Assembly (NCBI GenBank): GCA_043732185.1
Contig: JAYTHY010000026.1
Location: 1 to 40,031 of the forward strand
Source: Fibrobacteria bacterium
GTDB taxonomy: Bacteria; Fibrobacterota; Fibrobacteria; UBA11236
DNA: 40,031 nucleotides
Reading direction: 5' to 3'
Shown: one piece after another, positions 27,101-37,762 of the stretch
Layout: every line of letters begins with the position of its first letter
How positions within the stretch are numbered: position 1 is the first letter of the stretch
Notes under the pieces: model-generated
Database searches by the model: none
Told to the model about the DNA's origin: nothing
Seen by the model: the letters and a program-made list of their open reading frames with translations, nothing else
Made by a program: the position numbers and the translations under genes

Positions 27101-28264
27101 ATGAATCCTGATTCACATTGGTCCGTTTTTTCTTATCCAATTTTGATCCCTGCGCTGCTTTTATTTGCCCTAACTACGGCTGGACAACTAGAAGGCGCCG
27201 TGCCTACGGACATACCGCCTTTGGTTAAAACTGCCCAGGCGACATTCGCAGGTGGATGCTTTTGGTGCATGGAGCCGCCCTTTGAAAGAGTGACTGGTGT
27301 GCTTAGCGTAGTATCCGGTTTTAGTGGCGGAGACGAACCCAACCCAACCTACGAAGACGTGGGCAGTGGGAAAACCGGACATACAGAGTCGGTGAATGTT
27401 ACGTATGATCCAAGTAAAGTCAGCTATGCCACTTTGATGGAAGTTTTTTGGCGCTCTATGAATCCCACGGATGCGGGCGGGCAATTCGCCGACCGAGGCC
27501 GGCAATATCGTCCCGCCATATTCTATCGCAATCAAGAGCAAAAACGTTTGGCAGAGCAAAGTCAGTCTAGGTTGGTGGCCAGTCATAAATTCTCCCAGCC
27601 TATTGCAACTGAAATAACTCCTTTCAAGTCCTTTTTTCCAGCGGAAGAGTATCATCAGAACTACTACAAAACAAATCCAATTCGGTATCATGCCTACCGC
27701 AAGGGATCTGGGCGAGAAGGCTTTCTGGAAAAAACTTGGGGCAAGGATTATCCGGAATATCCCGTCATTCCGGTGACAGAAAACAATGACGGAGTGCAGG
27801 CTGAAAACCGAAAATATATTAAACCATCAGATATGGTGATAAAACAAAAGTTAACGTCTCAGCAATACGAGGTGACTCAAAAAAACGGCACGGAGAGGGC
27901 GTTTACTGGGGAATATTGGGACAACCACAAGGAGGGCATCTATGTGGACGTCGTCACGGGAGAGCCGTTGTTCAGCTCCAAGGACAAATTCAACAGCGGT
28001 ACAGGCTGGCCCAGTTTCACACGCCCCCTCGAACCAGAAAACCTGCAGAAGGCGGAGGATAAGTCGCATGGGATGGATCGGGACGAAGTGCGCAGTAAGC
28101 ATGGAAACTCCCATTTGGGTCATGTTTTTTCCGATGGTCCCGCGCCCACTGGCCTGCGTTACTGTATCAATTCGGCGGCTTTGCGATTTATCCCCAAGGA
28201 AAAACTGGAGACCGAAGGCTACGGAGAATTTGCAGAACAGTTTTCCGGACCAGGCAAACACTGA
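27101..28264 (+). CDS. msrAB: Exported fused peptide methionine sulfoxide reductase MsrA/MsrB
   Basis: Strong RBS AGGAGG at 27091-27096 and a signal peptide. MsrA motifs [23 protein letters not shown]. MsrB motifs [28 protein letters not shown]. Confidence 0.96.
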   Translation: MNPDSHWSVFSYPILIPALLLFALTTAGQLEGAVPTDIPPLVKTAQATFAGGCFWCMEPPFERVTGVLSVVSGFSGGDEPNPTYEDVGSGKTGHTESVNVTYDPSKVSYATLMEVFWRSMNPTDAGGQFADRGRQYRPAIFYRNQEQKRLAEQSQSRLVASHKFSQPIATEITPFKSFFPAEEYHQNYYKTNPIRYHAYRKGSGREGFLEKTWGKDYPEYPVIPVTENNDGVQAENRKYIKPSDMVIKQKLTSQQYEVTQKNGTERAFTGEYWDNHKEGIYVDVVTGEPLFSSKDKFNSGTGWPSFTRPLEPENLQKAEDKSHGMDRDEVRSKHGNSHLGHVFSDGPAPTGLRYCINSAALRFIPKEKLETEGYGEFAEQFSGPGKH

Positions 28265-28403
28265 AAAAACAAATCTAGTGTCAGTCCGATTCTATCCATT
28301 CCTGAGACTGACCTAGCTTAAAAGCTCATGTTTTATGCCATACATGTCGATGGTTACACATAGGGACCGAAAACCGTCCAAACTTTGAAAAAAGGAATGA
28401 GTT

Positions 28404-28598
28404 ATGGCCGATATGGAAACCTTGATGATGCGACTTGATGACTCTTTGCAGAAATTCAATGACGACGATCTCCTAGCGGTGTTTTCCATGGTGCCTTGGG
28501 CCCGTGAATCCATACACACCTATATCTCTAACCATCAGGTTGATATGGAAAAGCAAGTGTTGGCACGCATGGAAGCTTTGCTGACCGCGGCTGCTTAG
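28404..28598 (+). CDS. Small hypothetical acidic, Met-rich protein (64 aa)
   Basis: RBS AAGGA upstream of ATG 28404. Occupies otherwise empty intergenic space and has a helical-looking composition. Confidence 0.6.
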   Translation: MADMETLMMRLDDSLQKFNDDDLLAVFSMVPWARESIHTYISNHQVDMEKQVLARMEALLTAAA

Positions 28599-28643
28599 CG
28601 ATGACCCAATAGTCTTTTAAAAACTGCGATTTAGTTAACCCGA

Positions 28644-31034
28644 TCAGTACACAAACATTTTCTGTTTTAAATTGAAATTGGGCGTTACAATGCGAACAAG
28701 GTATACGCCTTTGCCCAACTGATCCCGAACAGGATAACGAGCAGGCCCATCACCTTGTTTGGTCATCAACAGATTTCCAGAAAGGCTGTAGACCTTCACC
28801 GTGTGAAGTCCTTCAAATCTTATATCTATGCTGAACGGCCCTACCACGGCATTTAACTTCTTTGCAACTTCTGCCAAATGGCCCTCAGCTCCAATGCCCA
28901 CCGTGCCGGAATCCAGTACAGGAACTCTATAAAAAGTGAGTGCGCCAATGCCTCGGGTATTGGTAAGCCAAGGCCCTTCATACCTGGCGCCTTTTAAAGT
29001 ATCCAACACATAGCTCAGCCTGGTTGAATCAGCACGGGAGTGGAGGAACAGCGTGAGCGAACGGGCCACAGTGTCCGCCTTTATAGAATCCATGGCAGTA
29101 AACACATTTCCCATAGCAAAGGCATTTCGGATAGAGGTGTCCGTTGGCACCAGTACTGGTTGATCGAAGCGGAGGGTAATCCGCGTGCGCGCCGAGTTTG
29201 CGAAGGTGGCTTGCTGAATATCGGGAGGGCGAATACGCAGCGTATCCGTGGATTTATAAAAATCCCGCGCCACCAACGGGTACATCCAATTGGCGAAAGT
29301 GGTATAGCCTTCAGGTCCGTAATGACAGCCGTCATGGGCTGGTACATTGGTGGTGGACATGATGGAAATATCGGGTCTGCCCTGAATGATTTGACGCTGC
29401 TGTTCTCGGATGGTTTCTAATCCCAGGCCGAGGCAACCGGGACGAATTTGGAAGAGATAATAGCGTTGCAGCCCTGGGAAATCGGTTTTCCAGGAATTGC
29501 ACAGGTTAAGAAACAAAGTTTTGTAGGCAGCATCATTTTGGTTGGATTCACCCTGATGCCAAATAACCCATTTCAGCCCATTCTGGAGATTGGCCTTCAA
29601 AATCCGATAACGGTATCTACCGTAAATCGTACTCAGGTCGCTGGACGGGGCGTGCTGCTGGATGGATGTTCCTCCAACACCTCCCGTTATGAGGCAGATG
29701 GGAACAGAATAGGTATCGACGATTTTTTTGGCAATTTGCATTCCCCATCCATTGACGGTATGCCCATTTGTCATTGCAATGCCCCAAGCTGTATCGGACG
29801 CCGTAGCCTGTGCGTCCCCGGACCAAGTTCCAAAAGTGCGCAAATAAGGCTGAGGCGCTACACTGCTGAAGTCGCACGAATTCGATTGTCCTTCCACCAA
29901 GAATGCGTCTCCGGCTACAACGCTATCGGCCGCTGCAAATAAGAACGCATCGATACGTATTTCAAATTTATACATGGAGAGCTCCGCGTGGAGTTTTGGA
30001 TTGAAGGCGAAAGCCGCAGTATTACCGGCATATTGCAACTTTTGAGCCAATCGCTGGAACTTTACATTGTTCTTATAAATGGTCAATGAAACCGAATCCG
30101 AACCAGGTATCGAAATCGATCCCGCAACCGCGACAGCGGCGGAATCTTGTGCATTCCGGCAATAGAGTTGGTAAGGCTTTGGAAATGCGGATAGTCCTGC
30201 TTGTTGAACAACCACGGTTGTGCGCAGTGTATCATTCGCCGGCACTAGGTCACCTGCCAGTGACGTCCACACGGACAAAGTATAAACCTTGTGCAGATCC
30301 ATGGGCACGTTCCAATTGGGGAAGGTTAGGGTCTGGGTGTGATTTGACGCTAAGCCGGTAACGGATTGGCTTTTCGCGTAAAGAGGGACTCCTGCCGAAT
30401 CGATGCGACAAAATACGTTGAAGGATTCGGTCGCCTGGCCAAGATTCTGTACCATTATTTTCGGTGCCAGCGTTGCTCCGGTTATGATTCCAACCGGGGC
30501 CAAGATGCCAGATGGGGCGGCATCATGCGCGGAAGATTCGTAAAAGATCAGGCTGTCTGGAATAGCCTGCTTTGTTATACCTGGTCCTTGCCAGGCGACA
30601 GAAAAGGCTAGCCCTCCACCACCTTGGAAATAAAGCACCTCAATAGCATGTAAGCCCGCAGTCAGAGTGATAATACCCGACTTTTCTGTGGTTCCATGGG
30701 CACCGTCATTGTCCACCACTTTTGTAGAGTCAATGGCCAGCATACTGCCATCATCTGTAGCCGTAAAAAAAGTATAACTACCAGGAGTGGAAATCTTAAC
30801 GAATCCTTTCAGGCGAATCGCAAAATTTTGGTCAACGGTGCTTGGAGGAACGGAAATATTAGGCAGTCCGCCCGTGGACTTGGGTGAAACGTTAGGAATG
30901 TCCTTGACCGTGGTACCGGTAAAAGGGACGTAATATTCATACGCTATATTCATCTGGGCCAGCGTAGTGAGCGCCGAAAATATCAGAAAAAAAATGGATG
31001 CCAGCGCACTATTGCGCAAATTGAATCTAGTCAT
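28644..31034 (-). CDS. Secreted SGNH carbohydrate esterase (SASA/DUF303 type) with PA14 and CARDB-like domains and a C-terminal secretion-like tail
   Basis: Signal peptide. PA14 (YTFFTATDDGS, VVDNDGAHG, YFQGGGG). SGNH blocks GQSN, GGTSI, WHQGESN, DGCH. Tail VYSLSGNL...GVYLVRI. RBS GGAGGG and TATAAT (31070-31075, minus strand) upstream. Confidence 0.87.
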   Translation of the reverse strand: MTRFNLRNSALASIFFLIFSALTTLAQMNIAYEYYVPFTGTTVKDIPNVSPKSTGGLPNISVPPSTVDQNFAIRLKGFVKISTPGSYTFFTATDDGSMLAIDSTKVVDNDGAHGTTEKSGIITLTAGLHAIEVLYFQGGGGLAFSVAWQGPGITKQAIPDSLIFYESSAHDAAPSGILAPVGIITGATLAPKIMVQNLGQATESFNVFCRIDSAGVPLYAKSQSVTGLASNHTQTLTFPNWNVPMDLHKVYTLSVWTSLAGDLVPANDTLRTTVVVQQAGLSAFPKPYQLYCRNAQDSAAVAVAGSISIPGSDSVSLTIYKNNVKFQRLAQKLQYAGNTAAFAFNPKLHAELSMYKFEIRIDAFLFAAADSVVAGDAFLVEGQSNSCDFSSVAPQPYLRTFGTWSGDAQATASDTAWGIAMTNGHTVNGWGMQIAKKIVDTYSVPICLITGGVGGTSIQQHAPSSDLSTIYGRYRYRILKANLQNGLKWVIWHQGESNQNDAAYKTLFLNLCNSWKTDFPGLQRYYLFQIRPGCLGLGLETIREQQRQIIQGRPDISIMSTTNVPAHDGCHYGPEGYTTFANWMYPLVARDFYKSTDTLRIRPPDIQQATFANSARTRITLRFDQPVLVPTDTSIRNAFAMGNVFTAMDSIKADTVARSLTLFLHSRADSTRLSYVLDTLKGARYEGPWLTNTRGIGALTFYRVPVLDSGTVGIGAEGHLAEVAKKLNAVVGPFSIDIRFEGLHTVKVYSLSGNLLMTKQGDGPARYPVRDQLGKGVYLVRIVTPNFNLKQKMFVY

Positions 31035-31220
31035 GGACCCTCCAGCGTACTTGATGCAGACGAATTTTAATTATAGTGGGAAATAAGGAATAAAATTAAG
31101 TAAAGCCAAGTCTATTTCCCACCCATCCAATTCCTATCAATCCGGATCAGGCTTGTTTTCATTTCCCCGCTCATCGTAGACTAAACAAGTACTGAATCCA
31201 TTGGAAAAAAGGCACTATTT

Positions 31221-32339
31221 TTGGCTAAAATCGAAGCACTAAATCGCCTAAAATGGGTGGACGCCCTTCGCGGCTATGCGATATTCTTCGTGCTTGTCTA
31301 CCATGTATACCAGGCTGTCCCCAATTTGAATCTTCGAATCCAAAAAATACTGGAATTTGGCTCCATCGGAGTACAACTTTTTTTCATGGTCAGTGCCTTC
31401 ACTATTTTTCTGACATTGGATACCATCAAAAATAAAGGTGCACGCTCCTATTACGCTTTTTTCATTCGCAGGGCTTTTCGCATTCTTCCCTTGTTTTACC
31501 TTACCTTGATGATAAACGTTTTTTTGCTTACACACCATTCCGGCCATTTTCCCACTGCCGAATTTTTCAGCACATTAACTTTTACCAGTGCTTGGATACC
31601 TTCCCTGTGCCCCACGTTGGTACCTGGCGGATGGTCCATCGCCGTGGAAATGTGGTTTTATCTAGTGGCACCTTTACTGGTATTTTTTATCAAGAACCTA
31701 AGAACCGCCTGCTATTTTGCATTGGGAGCTTTAACCTTTCGCTTTGTGATCAACGAAGGCATGTCCACTTTTGTGGCATCTGATTCCAAACTCTATCCGT
31801 CATTTTTGTTTTTTTGGCTTCCCAATCAGGCACCCTTATTTGCATTGGGCATTGTTGTGTTTTTCCTCTACAAGAGATGGGGCCACCACAATGAAGCAAG
31901 CGTGGATCCCTCCCCAACCCACACTTCGGGAACGTATGCTTGGTATTTTCTTTGGTGTGGCGGTTATCTTTTGACGGCTACCACTATAGGTTTCAAAACC
32001 TTATTGCCTTACCATTTTCTATTCGGGCTATCCTTTCTGCTCATTATCCAGTTTATGATTCTAAAACCGGAGAACTTCCTAGCCAATCGCCCTTTCATTG
32101 GACTTGGAAAAATCAGCTACAGCGCATATATCACCCACTTTTTCGTCATTCGATTTTCGGAAACATGGTTTATGCCTATTCTAGGCAACGTCACACAGTC
32201 TCCGGAGCTCCAGCTACTCGCTTTCCTGTTCTGGACCATTGCCCTTACCGTGGGAGCGTCCCTGCTGCTCTATTGGGCGATAGAGCGCCCGGGCCAAGCC
32301 ATGGGGAAAACGCTGATCCGTACATTTTCCAAAGGCTAA
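31221..32339 (+). CDS. Acyltransferase family 3 (OafA/YrhL-like O-acyltransferase), membrane domain only
   Basis: VDALRGYAI..VLVYH, GVQLFFMVSAF, FFIRRAFRILP, WSIAVEMWFY, LGKISYSAYITH, IERP. TTG start. Confidence 0.92.
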   Translation: MAKIEALNRLKWVDALRGYAIFFVLVYHVYQAVPNLNLRIQKILEFGSIGVQLFFMVSAFTIFLTLDTIKNKGARSYYAFFIRRAFRILPLFYLTLMINVFLLTHHSGHFPTAEFFSTLTFTSAWIPSLCPTLVPGGWSIAVEMWFYLVAPLLVFFIKNLRTACYFALGALTFRFVINEGMSTFVASDSKLYPSFLFFWLPNQAPLFALGIVVFFLYKRWGHHNEASVDPSPTHTSGTYAWYFLWCGGYLLTATTIGFKTLLPYHFLFGLSFLLIIQFMILKPENFLANRPFIGLGKISYSAYITHFFVIRFSETWFMPILGNVTQSPELQLLAFLFWTIALTVGASLLLYWAIERPGQAMGKTLIRTFSKG

Positions 32340-32372
32340 GGGTCCGCCCATTTTTCCTATTTTAATGGTCCC

Positions 32373-35300
32373 TTGAAAACCCGCACTTCCAAACTCGGCC
32401 ATGCTCCCTTTCCGCTGGCTCAACTTTTCCATGAGGAAACATTTCCATCCCTGTCCGCGGTGCCTTTCCGCCAACTTGAACCCATGTATGTTTCTGGACT
32501 GGCCGGTTCTGGCGTTTCCGCATTAATTGCGCGTCACTTCCAGGATAACCAAGGCAATTTGCTTTACCTGGCTCCGGATGCAAAAACCGCCGAACTCGTG
32601 GCGGAAGATTTGGAATCCTGGTTAGGCGAAGACCAGGTGCTTTTTTTCCCCGGACTCGATTTGAAACCGTACGAGTGGCGCAAGCCATTCGGTCACGTTT
32701 TGGAACAACGACTGGCTTGTTTCGACGCATTGTACAAGCAGAAACATTCCGTAGTCGTGACGGCCCTGCCCACTTTTGTAACCCGCCTTACCAGTCCCGA
32801 CTCCCTTCATTTGGAGATTATCAATCTTGCTAAGGGCGGGACATTGAATCTGGAGGAGTTCCGGGAAACGGTGCTGCATATGGGTTTCACGGAAGAAGTC
32901 GTGGTGCAGGATATTGGTGAGTTCTCGGTGCGCGGCGAGATCATCGACATCTACCCCTACCTTCTGGACAACCCGGTGCGTATCGTGCTCTTTGGCGATG
33001 AAATCGAATCCGTGAAAGAGTTCGACATCTTCACCCAGCGATCGGTCAAGGAAATTGCATCTGTGGATCTCTTTCCACTGGATGAATGCTGCTTCAGTCA
33101 TAAAGATCTGGAAGCGGGCATGGAAAAAAACTTGGATCGCTTCCTGAGCGAAGATTCCTTCAAAGTTGAAAATCATCGTTTGCTGGTGAAACGCGATTTG
33201 GAAGGCATCCACTGGCAAAAAGCCTTTTTCAAAAATCTGGATTATTCCTTGTTGGATTTTCTGGGAAAAAATGTTCGCATCGTCATTGGAGACGACGATC
33301 ATTTGCAATCCGGAGTGGATAAAGTCTGGGAGTCGGCGCAGGCAGGATATACCGAGTCGTTGGCCAAGGAAAGATGGATTGCCAAACCTGAAGAATTGTT
33401 CTTCTCGAAGCCGGATTTGGATGGAATCCTCGCGAAATACCCACGCATACGTTTGGGTCGGCTCAGCTGGGAAGGCAAAGGTTGTACCACTTTTACCATG
33501 CAGGAACAAGCTCGCGGAGGGGGCGGCCTGGCGCAAGTTGAGCATGTGCTTAAGGAACTAGACCGCGACGGCATACGCATTTATCTGATTTCATCCAATG
33601 AGGGTCAAGCGGAACGATTGCGAAAACTTACCGCCGGCCTACCGGTTTCCGGCGTTGCAGTAGGCCACCTTACTTGCGGTTTTGTAGCGCGCGAAGACGG
33701 GGTGGCGGTTTTCACCGACCATCAAATATTCAACCGGTTCAGTCGAAAGATAAAACGCAAGAAACAAAAGGGTGGCGGCGTTTCCATCCAGAACTTTGAA
33801 TCCCTGGCGCGCGGCGACTATGTGGTCCACGAAGACTATGGTGTAGGAAAATTCATCGGCGTCAAACGCATTAAAGCCAAATCGCCCGGTGGCGAAGAGC
33901 ATCATGTCGATTGCATCCTCCTTGATTTTCAAGGCTCGGATAAGTTGACCATGCCGGTGACCGATCTCGCCAAGTTGGAGAAATACTCTTCCGAAGAGGG
34001 ACGCGTTCCTGTACTTGCTAAACTAGGCGGCAAGAACTGGGAGCAGCAAAAAGAAAAAGCCAAAAAATCGATTGTTAAATTAGCCCAGGACCTGATTGAG
34101 TTGTACGCCAAGCGCTCGGTCATGCCGGGATTTGCATTTGGACCTGATGGGACAATGCAAAAGGAATTCGAGGATTCCTTCGAATTTGATCTCACTCCGG
34201 ATCAAGCCAAAGCGGTCAAGGATGCCAAAGCGGATATGGAGCGCCCCAAACCCATGGATCGGCTTATCTGCGGAGACGTGGGTTTCGGGAAAACCGAAGT
34301 GGCCATGCGCGCAACGTTCAAGGCTGTGCTGGATAAAAAACAGGTTTGTATTCTCGCACCAACAACCATCCTTGCCGCCCAACACTTTGCAACCTTCTCC
34401 GATCGCTTCGGCAATTGGCCCGTGCGCATCGATTCATTAAACCGATTTAAATCCGCGAAAGAACAGAAAGCCACCCTAGAAGCCGTTCGGCTCGGCGAAG
34501 TGGACTTGATTATCGGAACCCATCGACTCATCTCCAAGGATGTGGTTTTCAAAGATCTGGGGCTCATGGTTATCGATGAAGAGCAAAAATTCGGTGTCAA
34601 GCAAAAAGAACGCTTAAAGGAAATGCGCACGCATGTAGACGTACTCTCCATGTCGGCCACACCCATCCCCCGTACCTTGAACATGTCGCTAGTGGGTGCG
34701 CGCGACCTTTCCATTATTGCCACGCCACCGCGCAACCGCCTGCCCATCGATACGCGCGTGATCTTCCACGATGCCAAAACCATTCGTGACGCAATCGAAA
34801 TGGAACTCGCCAGGGGCGGGCAAGTTTTTTATGTACACAACCGAGTTCTGGATTTGGCGGAGGTCACCACCTTTGTGGAAGGTCTGGTACCTCATGCCCG
34901 AATTGGTATGGCCCATGGTCAAATGAATGTGGACGACCTGGAGCAGGTTATGGCGGCCTTCGTGAATCGTGAATACGATATTTTGGTTGCCACCTCCATC
35001 ATCGAATCCGGTCTGGACATTTCCAATGTCAACACCATCATCATCAATCGCGCCGACCTGTTCGGCCTTTCCCAGCTTTATCAGTTGCGCGGGCGTGTCG
35101 GCCGTTCGGCCACCAAGGCCTATTGCCTGCTTATCTCTCCCGACGCCAACAAGTTCACGGACGATGCCAAAAAGCGGCTCTATTCCTTGGAAAAATTCAC
35201 CGACCTCGGCAGTGGTTTTCAAATTGCCATGCGGGATTTGGAAATAAGGGGCGCGGGCAATATTTTGGGGTTAGAGCAAAGCGGTCATATTGCAGCCGTG

Positions 35301-35822
35301 GGCTTCGAAACTTATCATCGCATGTTGCGCGAAGCCGTCAAGGAAATGCAAGGTGCCAAAATCATTCCGTCCCTCAATCCGGAAATCGAATTTCCGGAAG
35401 ACGCCTTCCTGCCCGAAGAATATGTCGAAGATGGATTCCAACGGGTGGCGTTGTATCAGAAGCTTTCCCGCTGTACGGAAGTCGTGCAAGTCGATGAACT
35501 GGGCAAGGAACTGTTGGATAGATTTGGACAATTGCCAACATCGGCGGAAGTGTTGCTGCAAACAATGGTGTGTCGGATTATCGCAGCAAGACTGGGTTTC
35601 CAAAAAATTGCCATCGTGGGAAACCTGCTTAATTTGCAGTATTCGGAAATGCATATCCCTGAAAAGGAAGAGATGGGAATCCTGGTCGGCAAATTCAAAC
35701 GCCCAATGCGTTTCTTGTATTCCAAGCCTTTGCAAATGGTGGTGGAACTCAATCCACCCAAGTCCGGTGATTCGCATGCCCTTATAGCTCAGTCGGCCCA
35801 GATCCTACGCGATTTGCTTTGA
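32373..35822 (+). CDS. mfd: Transcription-repair coupling factor
   Basis: GEFSVRGEIIDIYP, CarD-like GDYVVHEDYGVGKF, DRLICGDVGFGKTEVA, DEEQKFGV, SATPIPRTL, QLRGRVGRS, DLEIRGAGNILG. Confidence 0.98.
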   Translation: MKTRTSKLGHAPFPLAQLFHEETFPSLSAVPFRQLEPMYVSGLAGSGVSALIARHFQDNQGNLLYLAPDAKTAELVAEDLESWLGEDQVLFFPGLDLKPYEWRKPFGHVLEQRLACFDALYKQKHSVVVTALPTFVTRLTSPDSLHLEIINLAKGGTLNLEEFRETVLHMGFTEEVVVQDIGEFSVRGEIIDIYPYLLDNPVRIVLFGDEIESVKEFDIFTQRSVKEIASVDLFPLDECCFSHKDLEAGMEKNLDRFLSEDSFKVENHRLLVKRDLEGIHWQKAFFKNLDYSLLDFLGKNVRIVIGDDDHLQSGVDKVWESAQAGYTESLAKERWIAKPEELFFSKPDLDGILAKYPRIRLGRLSWEGKGCTTFTMQEQARGGGGLAQVEHVLKELDRDGIRIYLISSNEGQAERLRKLTAGLPVSGVAVGHLTCGFVAREDGVAVFTDHQIFNRFSRKIKRKKQKGGGVSIQNFESLARGDYVVHEDYGVGKFIGVKRIKAKSPGGEEHHVDCILLDFQGSDKLTMPVTDLAKLEKYSSEEGRVPVLAKLGGKNWEQQKEKAKKSIVKLAQDLIELYAKRSVMPGFAFGPDGTMQKEFEDSFEFDLTPDQAKAVKDAKADMERPKPMDRLICGDVGFGKTEVAMRATFKAVLDKKQVCILAPTTILAAQHFATFSDRFGNWPVRIDSLNRFKSAKEQKATLEAVRLGEVDLIIGTHRLISKDVVFKDLGLMVIDEEQKFGVKQKERLKEMRTHVDVLSMSATPIPRTLNMSLVGARDLSIIATPPRNRLPIDTRVIFHDAKTIRDAIEMELARGGQVFYVHNRVLDLAEVTTFVEGLVPHARIGMAHGQMNVDDLEQVMAAFVNREYDILVATSIIESGLDISNVNTIIINRADLFGLSQLYQLRGRVGRSATKAYCLLISPDANKFTDDAKKRLYSLEKFTDLGSGFQIAMRDLEIRGAGNILGLEQSGHIAAVGFETYHRMLREAVKEMQGAKIIPSLNPEIEFPEDAFLPEEYVEDGFQRVALYQKLSRCTEVVQVDELGKELLDRFGQLPTSAEVLLQTMVCRIIAARLGFQKIAIVGNLLNLQYSEMHIPEKEEMGILVGKFKRPMRFLYSKPLQMVVELNPPKSGDSHALIAQSAQILRDLL

Positions 35823-35991
35823 TGCTAACCTATTGACGACTAATCTCAAATCCAACGGACTTGGTCGGCGAATACCGCAACCAAATCACCAGCTTTCGTG
35901 TTCCATTCCGATCTATCACCACTCCCCTGCGAAAATCTGGCCCCGGCGTCACGGAAGCCCGGTCTATTTTAAGTGAGACATTCGCACCTCC
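35800..35991. repeat. Direct repeat copy 1 (192 bp): mfd 3' end plus a remnant of the convergent gene's 3' end
   Basis: Ungapped match to 39669-39860 (offset 3869), 21 mismatches in 192 bp by manual count. Confidence 0.95.
35830..35991 (-). pseudogene. Orphan C-terminal fragment of the 39702-40031 gene
   Basis: Translates GGANVSLKIDRASVTPGPDFRRGVVIDRNGTRKLVIWLRYSPTKSVGFEISRQ*, versus GGANVSLKIDGAPVTPGPDFRRGVVIDPDGTRKLVIWLRYSATKTVSFEISP*. In-frame stop upstream at 36049-36051. Confidence 0.8.
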
Positions 35992-36083
35992 TTTTGCCAA
36001 CAGATAAACTGGCGACCTACAATCAAGATCGGAATTCCCACGTTTTATCTATTGACTTGTGATGGCCAGGCCCTAAAAAAAGT

Positions 36084-36112
36084 TTGGAATGCCCCGGTTT
36101 CCATGGTATAAT
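36084..36112 (+). promoter_or_regulatory. Sigma70-type promoter for the hybrid kinase (TTGGAA-17-TATAAT with extended TG)
   Basis: TTGGAA 36084-36089, TG 36104-36105, TATAAT 36107-36112. ATG at 36122. Confidence 0.55.
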
Positions 36113-36121
36113 GCCGTTGGA

Positions 36122-37762
36122 ATGAAGGCTAAAAAGTCTAATCTTCAAAAGATAAATCCAAAAAATAAATTGCCATCTGGATTATCCCAGGCGGTTCTAG
36201 ATGCATTGCCTTTTCAAATGGCGATCCTTGATAAGCACGGGAAAATACTTCGCGTGAACCAAGCTTGGATCGATTTCGCTAGAGAAAATAGCGGGGATGC
36301 CAAAACCACGGTTGGAACCGGGGTGGATTATCTAAAAGTCTGCCGTGCTGACCGGAGTCCCAAAGGCCGTAAGGTAGTCAAAGGGATTGAGTCGGTTCTC
36401 GCGGGTGAAACAACTAAGTTTGAATCAGAGTACCCCTGTCATAGCCCAAAACAGAAGCGCTGGTTTATCATGCAGGTTTCCGCCATTATGCCATTGGGGC
36501 ATGGAGCGGTAATCGCCCATTTTAAAATAACGGACCGCGTATTGGCTGAAATTGCTTTGAAGAAATCGAATGCCGAATTGCTCGTTTCTAAAAATGCCGC
36601 CATCCAGAGCGAAAAGGCCAAGGCGGAATTTCTAGCCCAAATGAGCCATGAAATTCGAACACCATTAAATGGCATGATAGGATTTATTGAAGGTATCCGG
36701 GATTGGAAATTGGAATCGAGTCAGTTGAAGGTTGTCGATCACCTGGATTCCTTGGCCGATCACCTCTTGGGCGTTCTCAACGATGTCTTGGATTATTCAA
36801 AAATTGAAGCAGGCAAGTTTTCTTTACAGGAAAAAAATTATAATCCCCGGCTTGTGGCGGAAACGGTTCGGGAAATGCTTGATCCTCTGGCATCCTCGAA
36901 AAACCTCAAACTCTATTGGCTCTGCCACCCTGACTTTCCTGACCAGGTTTATGGGGATGAAAGACGGTTGCGGCAAATTTTATTCAACCTAATGGGTAAT
37001 GCCATTAAATTTACCGAAAAAGGAAAGGTAAGCCTGATCGGCCGGGCTATGGACTTAAAGGATGGGTCTACTCAGCTGGAGTTCGCAGTTCAGGATACGG
37101 GGATCGGAATATCCGCGCATGAAGCAAAATCCCTTTTTCAAAGTTTTAGCCAGGTGCAAGGCCGACCGGCTGCCGGCGTAACGGGAACGGGATTAGGATT
37201 ATTGATAAGCAAACATTTGGCAATAGCCATGGGCGGAGATATTTTGCTCGAAAGTATTCCTGGAAAGGGAAGCACATTCACGCTTACACTCCAGGCCAAA
37301 AAAGTTTTCGCGCAAGAATTACCGGGCAAATCGATCCCCCATATTTCAATGGCCGGTTCGGAAATGCAAAATGGCCGAATACTTATCGCCGATGACAATG
37401 AAGTAAATCGGAAAATCATGATTTCCATTTTGGAAAAGGCCGGCTGGAAGGTTTTGGCGGCCAAGGATGGTTTGGAAGCCTTGGCTATGCTTGCCGATAC
37501 TAACGTAGATGCTATTTTTTTGGATTGCCAAATGCCACATTTGGATGGGTATGGGACTGCGACGGAAATCCGAAAAAAGGAAGCGAACACCGGGCAAAAG
37601 CGAATTCCCATTGTCGCTATTACCGCTGATGTGATGGAAAAAAACCTCAGTCTTTGTCGAGAAGCGGGTATGGATGATTTTCTACCGAAGCCATTTCGCA
37701 GAGCCGATATAGCAGCATTATTAGGCCGGTTATTTGGCAAAAATTTACCCTTTCCGAATTAG
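36122..37762 (+). CDS. Cytoplasmic hybrid histidine kinase (PAS, HisKA, HATPase, REC)
   Basis: PAS (LDALPFQMAILD, EYPCHSP), FLAQMSHEIRTPLNG, RLRQILFNLMGNAIKFT, DTGIGI, GTGLGL. Receiver ADDN, FLDCQMP, AITA, KPF. Alternative start at 36089. Confidence 0.93.
   Translation: MKAKKSNLQKINPKNKLPSGLSQAVLDALPFQMAILDKHGKILRVNQAWIDFARENSGDAKTTVGTGVDYLKVCRADRSPKGRKVVKGIESVLAGETTKFESEYPCHSPKQKRWFIMQVSAIMPLGHGAVIAHFKITDRVLAEIALKKSNAELLVSKNAAIQSEKAKAEFLAQMSHEIRTPLNGMIGFIEGIRDWKLESSQLKVVDHLDSLADHLLGVLNDVLDYSKIEAGKFSLQEKNYNPRLVAETVREMLDPLASSKNLKLYWLCHPDFPDQVYGDERRLRQILFNLMGNAIKFTEKGKVSLIGRAMDLKDGSTQLEFAVQDTGIGISAHEAKSLFQSFSQVQGRPAAGVTGTGLGLLISKHLAIAMGGDILLESIPGKGSTFTLTLQAKKVFAQELPGKSIPHISMAGSEMQNGRILIADDNEVNRKIMISILEKAGWKVLAAKDGLEALAMLADTNVDAIFLDCQMPHLDGYGTATEIRKKEANTGQKRIPIVAITADVMEKNLSLCREAGMDDFLPKPFRRADIAALLGRLFGKNLPFPN

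Noticed and set aside
28275..28316. Inverted repeat CTAG-T-GTCAGTC / GACTGAC-CTAG after msrAB
   Set aside because: A 19-nt loop and no U-tract make it too weak to call a terminator.
32622..33545. 307-aa antisense ORF and other long shadow ORFs (34202-34783, 34689-35222, 37138-37740, 5196-5732)
   Set aside because: They overlap well-supported genes on the opposite strand and show no recognisable motifs.
35778..35796. GCCCTTATAGCTCAGTCGG resembles a tRNA 5' end and sits at the left edge of the direct repeat
   Set aside because: It lies in-frame inside mfd (ALIAQS), has no downstream anticodon arm, T-loop (GTTCRA) or acceptor complement, and is not part of the duplicated segment. Treated as coincidence.
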